A DNA stretch of 64,000 nt from a virus (taxonomy: Duplodnaviria; Caudoviricetes): positions 32,001-96,000 of IMG/VR virus record IMGVR_UViG_3300012979_000027; one strand, 5' to 3'. Position 1 is the first letter of the stretch, and each line of letters starts with the position of its first letter. Of the stretch, positions 7,983 to 17,192 are shown in pieces. Made by a program: the position numbers and the translations under genes. The notes beneath the pieces were generated by a model. That model made no database searches and was not told where the DNA came from. It saw only the letters and a program-made list of their open reading frames with translations.

Positions 7983-8372
7983 TTATTCGTCCATTAGTGC
8001 CTTCAACTCGTCAAGATAACCCAATGCAAAATTGATGTTGCGAGCATACAAAGCATTCTGCATCTTGAGAATTATATCCTTTGCTTTTTTCTCTTTTGAT
8101 TTAAGCTTAGCAGTGAGTTTATATTCTTTACCGTTTGTCTTTACAATTTCCATCGTCGTCGGTGTGAGCCTTATCGCTTCTATATCACGAACGTTGACCC
8201 AATACCAAGAGCGGCCAGTAATACTATTATCTGACGCTATATCCCAAACAACGCGACTAGTATTGTCATCAAGGCTGCACCATTCAGTGGGAGCCCCGTC
8301 CACATAAATCGTATAATCCTTCGGGTTGAAGGTATTAAAGTATTCTTTAATATGCTCAATAAGCTTGCTCAT
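7983..8372 (-). CDS. early protein, paralog of 7285-7665
   Basis: ORF after promoter; shared motifs. Confidence 0.8.
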   Translation of the reverse strand: MSKLIEHIKEYFNTFNPKDYTIYVDGAPTEWCSLDDNTSRVVWDIASDNSITGRSWYWVNVRDIEAIRLTPTTMEIVKTNGKEYKLTAKLKSKEKKAKDIILKMQNALYARNINFALGYLDELKALMDE

Positions 8373-8399
8373 ATTTATATTATACTATTGTTCTGTCTA

Positions 8400-8855
8400 T
8401 TATTCAGCATCACCGGATATTGCATCAAAGGCGGCATAAAAACTTTTCGTATGAACGGACATATACTTCTTTGATTCTTCCGTTACTTTCAGTTTAGTTT
8501 CGCGAATACTTTTAATTTTATTTCGCAACAATTCGCAGTCGCAATCTTGCTTTTCTTTTTCTTTTGACTCTCGCCAGCAGGAGGGAATATACGGTTCTTT
8601 ATAAAGAAAACTACTAATTATGGAGCCATCTTGATAAATGCTGATTTCTGCGTCAGCATTCACATCACGCAATATAATCTTAATATCGTCATTGATTTTT
8701 AATAAGACGCTATTACTCGTATTAAGGTCGAACTTCTCGTCAGGAGTATTAAGAATCCGCTCCACAACATTTGTCCTCAAGGCCTGCTCATGATTGAACT
8801 TCGTAGTAAAATCAGCTTTTTCTATATCAAGAACACGTTCATCAATTCTCTTCAT
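8400..8855 (-). CDS. hypothetical early protein (has an unshifted in-frame CGG-A at 8757-8759)
   Basis: ORF after early promoter. Confidence 0.8.
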   Translation of the reverse strand: MKRIDERVLDIEKADFTTKFNHEQALRTNVVERILNTPDEKFDLNTSNSVLLKINDDIKIILRDVNADAEISIYQDGSIISSFLYKEPYIPSCWRESKEKEKQDCDCELLRNKIKSIRETKLKVTEESKKYMSVHTKSFYAAFDAISGDAE

Positions 8856-8867
8856 GCCTTTATTATA

Positions 8868-9041
8868 TTATTGTTCTGTCGTGGTATAGGGTCTAACTCG
8901 TGGTCCGTCTTCAGTCATAATCATTTCGCCCTCACTATCCAGGTCCATAGAGGGTCCATCTTCAGTAAGGCAAATGCCGAGGACGTTGAGCATGCCTCGC
9001 ACTTCGCTGAACTCTTTACTTTTGATTAGTTCATTCCACAT
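8868..9041 (-). CDS. small protein MWNELIKSKEF..., below ORF-track cutoff
   Basis: 57-aa ORF with internal TEDGP duplication, preceded by a truncated promoter. Confidence 0.55.
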   Translation of the reverse strand: MWNELIKSKEFSEVRGMLNVLGICLTEDGPSMDLDSEGEMIMTEDGPRVRPYTTTEQ

Positions 9042-9056
9042 ACTATTGTTCTGTGC

Positions 9057-9425
9057 TTATAGCAATGCATCCAAATCATTTCCGTACTGTTCAAAGAATC
9101 CCGGCGGGGCTTTTCTGATACGGCCATGCTGCTTTACATCAAGCTTCTCTATTTCATTATCCTCGTTAATGAAATACATTTCCACGTTCTCTATATTAAG
9201 GCGGTTATTCTTAAGACGGATAAGGAACTGATTGATGACAATATCGCTCTGTGTAATGATAGCGCAGGGCTCGTTCTTATCAATGATATGATTTGCATAT
9301 TCCGCCACGTGCTTATCCCACTTATATGCCTCAGGACAATTATACAAAGTGCGGTTTTCAAGAGCGTTGACCTTTTCATAGGAAGCGCGGGGTCCTGAAA
9401 TAATGATAAATGTTGCGGTGCTCAT
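9057..9425 (-). CDS. DUF3696-like protein with degenerate ABC-ATPase remnant
   Basis: C-terminal GRIRKAPPGFFEQ..DL; PEA and TQS echo the EPE/THS motifs. Confidence 0.65.
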   Translation of the reverse strand: MSTATFIIISGPRASYEKVNALENRTLYNCPEAYKWDKHVAEYANHIIDKNEPCAIITQSDIVINQFLIRLKNNRLNIENVEMYFINEDNEIEKLDVKQHGRIRKAPPGFFEQYGNDLDALL

Positions 9426-9439
9426 ATGCTTATATTATA

Positions 9440-9781
9440 TTATTGTTCTGTCCAGCTGATAGAAGGCTTAATCAGGCCGAGAATCTGGAAAGCGGGAATA
9501 TCACGCAGACCCTGAGAAAGGAACTCATATTCTCCCGTCTTAATGTTATAAAGTACATCACTCGTTTCCTCGTACTTATAATCAATCTCGTATACCGTAT
9601 TATTAAATGAATCTACACCAGAGAAGACGGTGCAAAGCTCACCATCCTCTTTCTCGTAGTCGTCTACCTTCTCATACAAATCTCCATCAATAACCACATA
9701 CCAGGCTTTGGCAAAGATGGGAGCAAACTGTGTGGCGGAAAGGAGCGTACCCTGACTAATAACTGTTTCAATGTCGCTCAT
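9440..9781 (-). CDS. acidic early protein, paralog family with 11124 and 17193
   Basis: LSAxxFxxIFAxA..VVxDG..GELCT motifs. Confidence 0.8.
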   Translation of the reverse strand: MSDIETVISQGTLLSATQFAPIFAKAWYVVIDGDLYEKVDDYEKEDGELCTVFSGVDSFNNTVYEIDYKYEETSDVLYNIKTGEYEFLSQGLRDIPAFQILGLIKPSISWTEQ

Positions 9782-9813
9782 ATGCTTATATTATAGTATT
9801 GTTCTGTTCTTTT

Positions 9814-10173
9814 TTAGAGCAAGTCTCTCAGGTCATCTCGATGTTGTTCAAAGAATCCTGACGGGGCTTTTCTGATGCGACCATGTTGTTTCACGTCAAG
9901 GTCGATAGTTTCACCGTTCTCATCGATATAACGCATCTTAACATTTTCTACGTTCAGCTCGTTATTCTTCAGCTTAATGAGGAACTGATGAATGACAATC
10001 TCACTTTGAGTGAGAATAAGACAATCCTCATTCTTTGCGATAATTTCCTTCGTTACTTCAGCGACTTTCTTATCATAGAGCCTCGCCTCAGGATAATCAT
10101 AAAACTTATTAACAGTGCCAAATATCTCGTTCTCAAGACCAGGACCGGTGTAGATAGTGAAGATAGCATTCAT
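9814..10173 (-). CDS. DUF3696-like protein, paralog of 9057-9425 (start MNAIFT)
   Basis: LDVKQHGRIRKAPSGFFEQ. Confidence 0.65.
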   Translation of the reverse strand: MNAIFTIYTGPGLENEIFGTVNKFYDYPEARLYDKKVAEVTKEIIAKNEDCLILTQSEIVIHQFLIKLKNNELNVENVKMRYIDENGETIDLDVKQHGRIRKAPSGFFEQHRDDLRDLL

Positions 10174-10180
10174 GCTTTTA

Positions 10181-10537
10181 TTATATTGCAGTTCTGTCAT
10201 AGTCATTAAGCAGCCACATAATATGCTTTTCGTCTTCGGTTCGTTCTTTCTTTTTACGAAGCATATTATAAATGGAGGTAAGATACTCGTCTATATATTC
10301 TCTATGGCTCGCTTTATATTCAAGGAAGGGGTCATTATATTTTTCGCCCGGACCATAGAAAACTCGAAAAATGCAACCAAGGAAGGTAAGACGTATAACC
10401 TCACCAGAATCATGCGTAACGGTAACATACTCTACCTCGTTAATAGGAGGGCCGAATCGCCGCTTATTATAACTAGTAATAACGGGCTTACTCTTTGTCA
10501 ATTCCCGCAGCTTTTTATGAAACGTTCTCCAGTGCAT
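10181..10537 (-). CDS. hypothetical early protein
   Basis: ORF after early promoter. Confidence 0.8.
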   Translation of the reverse strand: MHWRTFHKKLRELTKSKPVITSYNKRRFGPPINEVEYVTVTHDSGEVIRLTFLGCIFRVFYGPGEKYNDPFLEYKASHREYIDEYLTSIYNMLRKKKERTEDEKHIMWLLNDYDRTAI

Positions 10538-10563
10538 GCTTTTATTATATTACAGTTCTGTCT

Positions 10564-10803
10564 TTAAGAAAGCTGCTTATAAAGTTGCTTCCACGTTTCG
10601 TAGATATCCTTCGGGTCATCCCTGTCTTCGGCGAGATAGGTACCGATGTCTCGTGTGATATTATTCCTTGTATGCTCATTAAGTTCAGACCAATGCTTTT
10701 TAATAAAGTCTCGCATTGTTCCCACTACATAGGACCTTCTGGTCATAGCATAGCGAAGAGCACAAAGAATAACAATATCTAAATTATCATCGCTAATAGT
10801 CAT
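10564..10803 (-). CDS. hypothetical phage protein (ALRYAxxRRSY type)
   Basis: ORF in array. Confidence 0.75.
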   Translation of the reverse strand: MTISDDNLDIVILCALRYAMTRRSYVVGTMRDFIKKHWSELNEHTRNNITRDIGTYLAEDRDDPKDIYETWKQLYKQLS

Positions 10804-10804
10804 A

Positions 10805-11098
10805 TTAAAGAAGTTCGTTAAAAATCTGTTCAGGAGTCAAATCCTTTACGATGTCAATGCCATAGACGACATTATTATAGCTAAATGTAGCGAGGAAAAT
10901 ATCATCCCATTCCACTTCGCTAATCTTATTAACAATAAACTCTTGGTCATTATCAACAAAAGTGAGGAACATAATTCCCGCACCGTTCATATAATAGGAA
11001 CATTCACGATTATTGATAAAGATGCGGTAGTTGATATTACCATCGCTTTTCTTAATAACATTAAAAAGAATCGTCTTAAGCTTTTCGGTATCGTTCAT
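10805..11098 (-). CDS. hypothetical early protein
   Basis: ORF after early promoter. Confidence 0.8.
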   Translation of the reverse strand: MNDTEKLKTILFNVIKKSDGNINYRIFINNRECSYYMNGAGIMFLTFVDNDQEFIVNKISEVEWDDIFLATFSYNNVVYGIDIVKDLTPEQIFNELL

Positions 11099-11123
11099 AC
11101 AATGATTATATTAGAGTTCTGTG

Positions 11124-11435
11124 TTAGTCAATAGTAGTCACGGTAAGAATCTTGAAGCACGGAATTCGCTCCTCATTATCATCCTGGTCCTTAAAGTAAA
11201 ACTCATGATAGCGCTTGTTATAAGATACACGAGAGTTCTCTTCAACCGAGCGGGGAATTACAAACTCCGCATCGCAATGACAATCATCAGCGAGCACAAA
11301 AGCAGTGCAAAGCTCACCATTCTCGGTCTCATAGTCATTATAAACATCATAAAGCACACCGTCAACAACAACGGCATAGGCATTAGCAAAAATCTTCTGG
11401 AAATCGTCAGCGGAAAGAATAATGTGGTCGTTCAT
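11124..11435 (-). CDS. acidic early protein, paralog of 9440
   Basis: Shared motifs; promoter with AC-rich leader. Confidence 0.8.
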   Translation of the reverse strand: MNDHIILSADDFQKIFANAYAVVVDGVLYDVYNDYETENGELCTAFVLADDCHCDAEFVIPRSVEENSRVSYNKRYHEFYFKDQDDNEERIPCFKILTVTTID

Positions 11436-11483
11436 ATTTTATATTGTTTGCTTGTTACTTTTATATTATAACTTAGTTCTGTT

Positions 11484-11825
11484 TTACTTCCAGTCGGTTC
11501 GCTTTACCCAGATTTCATAATCTTCCGTCATTAGGATAGGATAACCAGCTCGCTGAAGCATATCCTTCGCCTGGTCCATCTGGTCTACGAGGTCCTGCTC
11601 ATAAAACTCCTCAGTGAAAACGTTGCAATTGTCGTCCTCACCAAAGATAAGCTCGGCAGCATCGAGATAATTCTCGTACTTGCCCCAAGAACGGAGCTTC
11701 CAAAGAGTCTCGCTATCACAAAGCTCATCCATAGGGATTCGCTCATAACCAATAAGGTAAGCGAGCTCAAAGTCAGTGAAATACTCAACATCGTCAGCGA
11801 AGCGGTCTCGAAGTGTCTTAATCAT
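11484..11825 (-). CDS. highly acidic early protein
   Basis: ORF after promoter with AC-rich leader. Confidence 0.8.
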   Translation of the reverse strand: MIKTLRDRFADDVEYFTDFELAYLIGYERIPMDELCDSETLWKLRSWGKYENYLDAAELIFGEDDNCNVFTEEFYEQDLVDQMDQAKDMLQRAGYPILMTEDYEIWVKRTDWK

Positions 11826-11869
11826 AATTGTGTGTTGCTTGTTACTTTTATATTATAACCTAGTTCTGT

Positions 11870-12043
11870 TTAATGTACAGCCAAGAGAAGGTTGTCAAGG
11901 TAAGTGGAAATTGTAATACAAGACTCAGGGTTCATTACATAATCGCAATTATTCATAGCGACCTTAATTTCCGCCTCATCAGGATTCAGACCTTCCAAAA
12001 CACAAGTGGTACTTATATACTGAATAAACTCGGTAACAGTCAT
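11870..12043 (-). CDS. small protein MTVTEFIQY..., below ORF-track cutoff
   Basis: 57-aa ORF 6 nt after TATAAT of motif promoter. Confidence 0.7.
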   Translation of the reverse strand: MTVTEFIQYISTTCVLEGLNPDEAEIKVAMNNCDYVMNPESCITISTYLDNLLLAVH

Positions 12044-12057
12044 GATTATATTATAGT

Positions 12058-12357
12058 TTAGTTCTGTTCTACTACAGAGTTATCAATATAGAGGTCGTAT
12101 TTTGCCTCGTTTTCAGGGTTAACATTTTTTACCTCACCAATGAACCAACGGCGCATCTTTGCGCCTCTAATCATCTCAATATAATGAGCAGCGGCTGTGC
12201 CGTTAGAAGACTTAACATAGAAATAAGGATAATGAAGCGGAAGGCCGAGCTCTAAACACTTATTGATATAAGTCTTTGTGAATCGACCCTTATAAAGAGG
12301 ACGCTTACAAATGTCCCATACTACGGAATGAATGCAATAAACTTTCAGGTTGTTCAT
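12058..12357 (-). CDS. hypothetical early protein
   Basis: ORF after early promoter. Confidence 0.8.
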   Translation of the reverse strand: MNNLKVYCIHSVVWDICKRPLYKGRFTKTYINKCLELGLPLHYPYFYVKSSNGTAAAHYIEMIRGAKMRRWFIGEVKNVNPENEAKYDLYIDNSVVEQN

Positions 12358-12389
12358 GCTTTTATTATATCTATGTTCTGTTCCTGGCT

Positions 12390-12782
12390 TTAGTCAGCCA
12401 GGAACCACTTCTTAATGTCTCGCCAAGTTCCCTCAACGAGAGGCTCCTTAAAATCATTATCAATCCCAAAGAGTTGACCCATCCCGTTATACCACTTATG
12501 TCCAGACTTAGGAACAACACAATAAAGCACATCGCCAGTTTCTTTATCACAAATACGGAAGTCGTCATAAAGGCTACCATGAAGAGGGCAATTATTCTTA
12601 AAGAAGACATAACACTTATCATTATCAAACTTTTTAGACGGGGCAATCATTTTAAGCTTCTTAAGAAGGTCCTTGCCCTTTCGCTCCAGAGATGAATCCC
12701 TACAGAACCAATCATACCAAAGGTCCATCACGTTGTAATTATCATAGTTAGCCAAAATCGTTGAAATCGTGTCGTTCTTCAT
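12390..12782 (-). CDS. hypothetical phage protein (WYDWFC..FKNNCP..YDDFRI)
   Basis: ORF after early promoter. Confidence 0.8.
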   Translation of the reverse strand: MKNDTISTILANYDNYNVMDLWYDWFCRDSSLERKGKDLLKKLKMIAPSKKFDNDKCYVFFKNNCPLHGSLYDDFRICDKETGDVLYCVVPKSGHKWYNGMGQLFGIDNDFKEPLVEGTWRDIKKWFLAD

Positions 12783-12791
12783 ATGCTTATA

Positions 12792-13049
12792 TTATATTTG
12801 TGTTCTGTTCAAAATAGCAGCAAACTTCTGAGCCATCTCTCTACTAGTATAACCCCATCGTTCCGTCTTTGGGTCCCAGATATTGCATTGAATGTTATTG
12901 TATAACGAAATCCTAGTTCCATCTTTATAATGATAAACGGTTGAACCGAAAAAAGTTCGCTGTACCAGGGTTGGCTCGAGAGAAGTGTAATACTCCAACT
13001 TGGCGAAGGTTTCTGCCCGGCTTAAAGGCGCTTTTAATGGCTTAAACAT
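12792..13049 (-). CDS. hypothetical protein
   Basis: ORF in array. Confidence 0.7.
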   Translation of the reverse strand: MFKPLKAPLSRAETFAKLEYYTSLEPTLVQRTFFGSTVYHYKDGTRISLYNNIQCNIWDPKTERWGYTSREMAQKFAAILNRTQI

Positions 13050-13071
13050 AGTTTTATTTGGCCCTAGATTG

Positions 13072-13139
13072 GCCTATATGGCCTTTGCATAAGCTTATAA
13101 ACTATTTGGCTTGCTTAGCTATACAAAGGCCATATAGGC
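13072..13139. repeat. Long imperfect inverted repeat
   Basis: GCCTATATGGCCTTTG..CAAAGGCCATATAGGC. Confidence 0.75.
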
Positions 13140-13143
13140 TAGT

Positions 13144-13563
13144 TTAATTGATTTGATATAAAAAGTACTCGCCAATCTCGTATTCCTTGCTATTATAAGT
13201 ATTGAGGAAATGTCCTCGCCCGTCTGCATCAATAGCATCGTCAATAAAGTCGTCCACGTCATAAATCATGGACTTGTATGCCTCGTTATTATCAAAACAC
13301 TTACTAGCGAGGAAGACAAATACTTCTTCAGGTACGTCAGAATGGGCAGCGAGGAAATCAGGTCTAAAGTAACAAATAGAATCCTCGACTGCTGGGCGAG
13401 CAGCCTTGTTGGCTTCTTCCTCGCCCTCGGCCACTGCCCATTCTTCACCATCAATAATAAGAACGGGAAGACCCCAATGAGTATCTCTCTCAACATTAGC
13501 TGCAAGAGCATTCCTAATATCTTCAGCTGTTACGTCGTTAAAAGTCTTTTCAATGCCGTTCAT
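13144..13563 (-). CDS. acidic phage protein (DGRGHFL motif)
   Basis: ORF after early promoter. Confidence 0.8.
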   Translation of the reverse strand: MNGIEKTFNDVTAEDIRNALAANVERDTHWGLPVLIIDGEEWAVAEGEEEANKAARPAVEDSICYFRPDFLAAHSDVPEEVFVFLASKCFDNNEAYKSMIYDVDDFIDDAIDADGRGHFLNTYNSKEYEIGEYFLYQIN

Positions 13564-13587
13564 GATTATAATATAGCTTAGTTCTGT

Positions 13588-14139
13588 TTAGTCATTCAGT
13601 AGATAAAACTCTCGAAGTTCCTCTTCCGTTGTTACTCGCGTAGAATTAGAAAGAAGTGTTCCGTCATTTCCGTATGAAGGCTTGGCGATATGGGTATAAC
13701 CATATTCTTCAACTTCTGCCAACTTGCGGGCGAACTCAACTTTATTGACGAGTTTATTGAATGAAGTAAGATATTGTTCGTTTGCTTCCTCTATTGTAGT
13801 TTTAAGCATTTCGCTAGCATGAAGAACGGTCTTATTCATCCAAACGAACTCATTTCCTTCAGAATCTTTGCGAATCTTGCGACGAAACTGATTCTGCCCA
13901 TTTTGAACGAACCAAATAAAGTTTTTAGTACGACGAACGGGAACGAAATAAACAAAAACTTCCTTCGTTTCATTGATTAGTCTCTGAGAATAAGCACGAG
14001 ACTTCGGCCAAGGACAACGTTCAGGAGCCTCTTTATAAAGGTTAGTATCAAAGCGAGGGAAATACAAATAATCATGGGCAGCTTCGGCATAAAAAGCAGC
14101 ATTAGAATAAGCTTTATTAAGTAGGAAGATGTTGTTCAT
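13588..14139 (-). CDS. hypothetical early protein (start MNNIFL)
   Basis: Promoter 6 nt before ATG at 14139. Confidence 0.8.
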   Translation of the reverse strand: MNNIFLLNKAYSNAAFYAEAAHDYLYFPRFDTNLYKEAPERCPWPKSRAYSQRLINETKEVFVYFVPVRRTKNFIWFVQNGQNQFRRKIRKDSEGNEFVWMNKTVLHASEMLKTTIEEANEQYLTSFNKLVNKVEFARKLAEVEEYGYTHIAKPSYGNDGTLLSNSTRVTTEEELREFYLLND

Positions 14140-14164
14140 GCTCTTATTATAATTGTGTTCTGTA

Positions 14165-14554
14165 TTAGTCAAAGTCAAGTCCCTCTGGCTCCTCAAGCGG
14201 CTCAACCTTGTAGATATAAATCGTCATTTGTCCGGCGTAAATATCAATCTCGCCATTCTTAAACTTTTCCATTGTTTCTTCACTAACGGGGATATTAATA
14301 TCCTCGTCCTCTGAAGACCAATCAACGCCATACTCATTCCCTTCAAGATGAGTGATAAACATATTATGACGATAATCTCTATCAAAAAGGACGCGGCAAG
14401 CAATTTCTTCCTTCAACTCTTCAACGGAATTAAACTTAATACGTCGAACAGCGCACTCGTTATATTGAGTAGTAGAAGGGTCCTCGCCATCATTAAAATT
14501 ATCCTTCGTAATAGTGTAGTCGTAAAGCTCAGCTATATACTTTGTATTGTTCAT
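14165..14554 (-). CDS. acidic early protein
   Basis: ORF after early promoter. Confidence 0.8.
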   Translation of the reverse strand: MNNTKYIAELYDYTITKDNFNDGEDPSTTQYNECAVRRIKFNSVEELKEEIACRVLFDRDYRHNMFITHLEGNEYGVDWSSEDEDINIPVSEETMEKFKNGEIDIYAGQMTIYIYKVEPLEEPEGLDFD

Positions 14555-14578
14555 GATTATATTATAATTGTGTTCTGT

Positions 14579-14842
14579 TTAACATATAGTGCCAAGCAAC
14601 AAAAATATAGCTTGCTTGTCTGCCTCTTCTTCCGTCATTTCAATAAACTTAACTGAGTCAACCGAATAACCATAGGTATTCGTTAACTCTTCACAAATAG
14701 CCTTTGAAATATCTCCGTCAATATCTTCTATTGTAAGAAAGTTTTGGTCAGTGGGAAGCGATTGACGTTTAATTTCGTGCCAATCACACTTATGAAGATA
14801 TTTTCCCCACTTAATTTCCGTTACCTTAAAGTATCTCCTCAT
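14579..14842 (-). CDS. early protein, paralog of 14826-15026 (likely start MRRYFK)
   Basis: Shared I-x-W..LP..AI.E.LT..YGY motif. Confidence 0.7.
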   Translation of the reverse strand: MRRYFKVTEIKWGKYLHKCDWHEIKRQSLPTDQNFLTIEDIDGDISKAICEELTNTYGYSVDSVKFIEMTEEEADKQAIFLLLGTIC

Positions 14843-15026
14843 AAGAAAGTCCTTCAATGCAATATCCATATTCATCAGTTAGCTGCTCAATAAGAGCCTC
14901 ACCAATAGCCTCATCGAGATTATCATTATCTTCGTCAATATAAGACTCATCCAGATTAACGATAATATCTTTAGGAAGGTGAGGGGCTTCGTCCCAGAAA
15001 ATGTGGCATTTATATTGCTTACTCAT
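14826..15026 (-). CDS. acidic early protein
   Basis: ORF after early promoter. Confidence 0.75.
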   Translation of the reverse strand: MSKQYKCHIFWDEAPHLPKDIIVNLDESYIDEDNDNLDEAIGEALIEQLTDEYGYCIEGLSYEEIL

Positions 15027-15050
15027 GACTATAATATATAAAAGTTCTGT

Positions 15051-15320
15051 TTAATGTTCAGGGTAAATCTCACAATCTTTTTCCAGCTCGCACCAACAAC
15101 TACGAGGAGAAAGCGTGTGATATCGCATAGTCCATCGTACAATCATCCCGTCAACTTCTACATCGTCTGTAGCGTCACCACATTTGTTGAAGAGTTTAAT
15201 AAGATGCTGTCGCAAAGTCTCACTATCAACTGTTTCGCTAATCTGAGAAGCTAAGCGCTCACCATAGCTGAATGAAAGATTGCCTTTATCACAATGAATT
15301 AAATATGGAAGCTGAATCAT
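15051..15320 (-). CDS. hypothetical early protein
   Basis: ORF after early promoter. Confidence 0.8.
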   Translation of the reverse strand: MIQLPYLIHCDKGNLSFSYGERLASQISETVDSETLRQHLIKLFNKCGDATDDVEVDGMIVRWTMRYHTLSPRSCWCELEKDCEIYPEH

Positions 15321-15368
15321 GATTATAATATAGCTATGTTCTGTTTTAATAAAAGTCTCGTTGATACC

Positions 15369-15728
15369 TTAGAACTCGGTATCAACGAGAATGTCGCCAC
15401 AATCTAGCACAATTACGCTGGTATGCTCAATGAGCCAATCTTTACACTCGCTATCCACATCATCCTCGTCAACGTGCTCACCTTCCTCAAGTTCTTCCTT
15501 AAGGTCATTTACAATATCCGTTACAACGGAAGAATCAAAATCATTTACTGCCTCAATAGCGGAAGAATAACGATGCCAGCACCAAAAGAGAGACTGGTCA
15601 AACTCAGTTTTCTCGTTTATAGAATCATACCAATCAATAACGGCCTCAACTCCATCATGGCCAAGATTAGCAAGAATATCATCACGAAGAATCTTTTCAG
15701 CAATATAAGTGGTAACGTCGATAATCAT
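15369..15728 (-). CDS. acidic early protein, paralog of 2914-3192
   Basis: LGHDGVEA motif; promoter with AC-rich leader. Confidence 0.8.
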   Translation of the reverse strand: MIIDVTTYIAEKILRDDILANLGHDGVEAVIDWYDSINEKTEFDQSLFWCWHRYSSAIEAVNDFDSSVVTDIVNDLKEELEEGEHVDEDDVDSECKDWLIEHTSVIVLDCGDILVDTEF

Positions 15729-15778
15729 AATGTTGTGTTGTTGTTTATACTTTTATTATAACTAAGTTCTGTCTTGAA

Positions 15779-15988
15779 TTAGGCAAGCTCTACCATATAC
15801 AGCGGGAAACTATCATAGCCAAGCCCCTCAAATCCGATAAGGCGAGTAATAACTTGACGAACACTTCCACCACAGGTATCAATGCTCATTACCTCAAAAC
15901 GGTCCTCGATAGTATAATCGCCACTGGCGAAACCAGAAGTAATACACTGCCCGTTAATCTTTACAATATCTCCTACTTTGATGTTCAT
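15779..15988 (-). CDS. small SH3/KOW-like protein
   Basis: IKVGDIVKI N-terminus; promoter. Confidence 0.7.
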   Translation of the reverse strand: MNIKVGDIVKINGQCITSGFASGDYTIEDRFEVMSIDTCGGSVRQVITRLIGFEGLGYDSFPLYMVELA

Positions 15989-16011
15989 GCTTATAATATA
16001 TCTAAGTTCTG

Positions 16012-16272
16012 TTACACTTCACAGCTTGCGCCGCCTGCAATTTTTGAAATAAGACGATGAAACTTTTCTACGTCTTCGTCAACAACCGTCCACAAAAGAT
16101 TCATCTGACTCATTGTGGCGGGGGTCCAATATTCGGAAACATTATCGTCCCATATAGCAGTCTCATATTCACTCCACCCCTCACCATCATCAATTCGATA
16201 AAAGACGAGCATACAACCGAGGTCAGGGTCCGTCGTCGAAGTAATACCTCTAAGAGTGTAGTTTTTATTCAT
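16012..16272 (-). CDS. hypothetical early protein
   Basis: ORF after early promoter. Confidence 0.8.
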   Translation of the reverse strand: MNKNYTLRGITSTTDPDLGCMLVFYRIDDGEGWSEYETAIWDDNVSEYWTPATMSQMNLLWTVVDEDVEKFHRLISKIAGGASCEV

Positions 16273-16352
16273 GACTTTATTATAACTATGTTCTGTTAGA
16301 AATAAAGTAATTTATTTTAGAAAAAAGTTTATACGATTCAAGCGAGTCTATA

Positions 16353-16745
16353 TTAAACTCGCTGAATCAATATACAATCATTATCACTAAGCATATCCTT
16401 ACCAAGCATTACCTTTAATTCTTTTACCGTCATTTTAACGAAAGAATTATCACGATTCATTAGTGTGCTTTCGTTATCAGTCATGGCGGTATAAGAAGTA
16501 TAGCAGTTAGCGGAAATAACCCAATCACTATCCTTAGTTGTTCCCTTTACTGCACCACCAAGCAAGTCAACCCATTCAATATCATCAGTAGTTTTAACCT
16601 TTCGCTCAATAGTTCCACCAGAAATATCAGAACGAAGAGTGATATAACGGTAGCCAGATGCAGTATAACGCTCACTTACAACGAGATAAGTATCTTTACC
16701 ATCATTACGAACGTATCGCTTTCCTTCTATAAGCCAAGTTTTCAT
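16353..16745 (-). CDS. hypothetical early protein
   Basis: ORF after early promoter. Confidence 0.8.
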   Translation of the reverse strand: MKTWLIEGKRYVRNDGKDTYLVVSERYTASGYRYITLRSDISGGTIERKVKTTDDIEWVDLLGGAVKGTTKDSDWVISANCYTSYTAMTDNESTLMNRDNSFVKMTVKELKVMLGKDMLSDNDCILIQRV

Positions 16746-16768
16746 GATTAAATTATATCTATGTTCTG

Positions 16769-17167
16769 TTAAGCCTTCAGTATATCCTCAACTGTTTCCC
16801 AATAATTTGCATAACCTCGACGAAAATCTCGTGCAAAATTGCTCATTTCGTCAAAGTAAGACTTTTCAAACATGTTCCAATCGCGTCGCTCATTGAGAAC
16901 AAAATGAAGAGCATATGCAAACTTACGACAGATAATGTTATCGGGATTCATAATATATCCCTTCTCGGTCCTATCAGCGGAAGTATAAACTAGATAGCTA
17001 ATATATCCTCTCCCGTTTGTAGTAATTACTACACTTTCGTCATCAACGGTATCAATCCAATACCCATTCAACGTCTTGGAAGAAGTAATACGAATCTTGT
17101 TAAAATTTTCCGACTTCATAATCTTACGAAGCCGAGCCATTGTAGTGGAAGGATGCAGTTTCTTCAT
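16769..17167 (-). CDS. hypothetical early protein
   Basis: ORF after early promoter. Confidence 0.8.
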   Translation of the reverse strand: MKKLHPSTTMARLRKIMKSENFNKIRITSSKTLNGYWIDTVDDESVVITTNGRGYISYLVYTSADRTEKGYIMNPDNIICRKFAYALHFVLNERRDWNMFEKSYFDEMSNFARDFRRGYANYWETVEDILKA

Positions 17168-17192
17168 GCTTTTAATATACTAAAGTTCTGTT

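Noticed and set aside
2914-14205. Longer N-termini in the ORF track containing TEHNYNKSM-like peptides
   Set aside because: These are translations of the promoter motif; the true starts are the ATG 6 nt after TATAAT.
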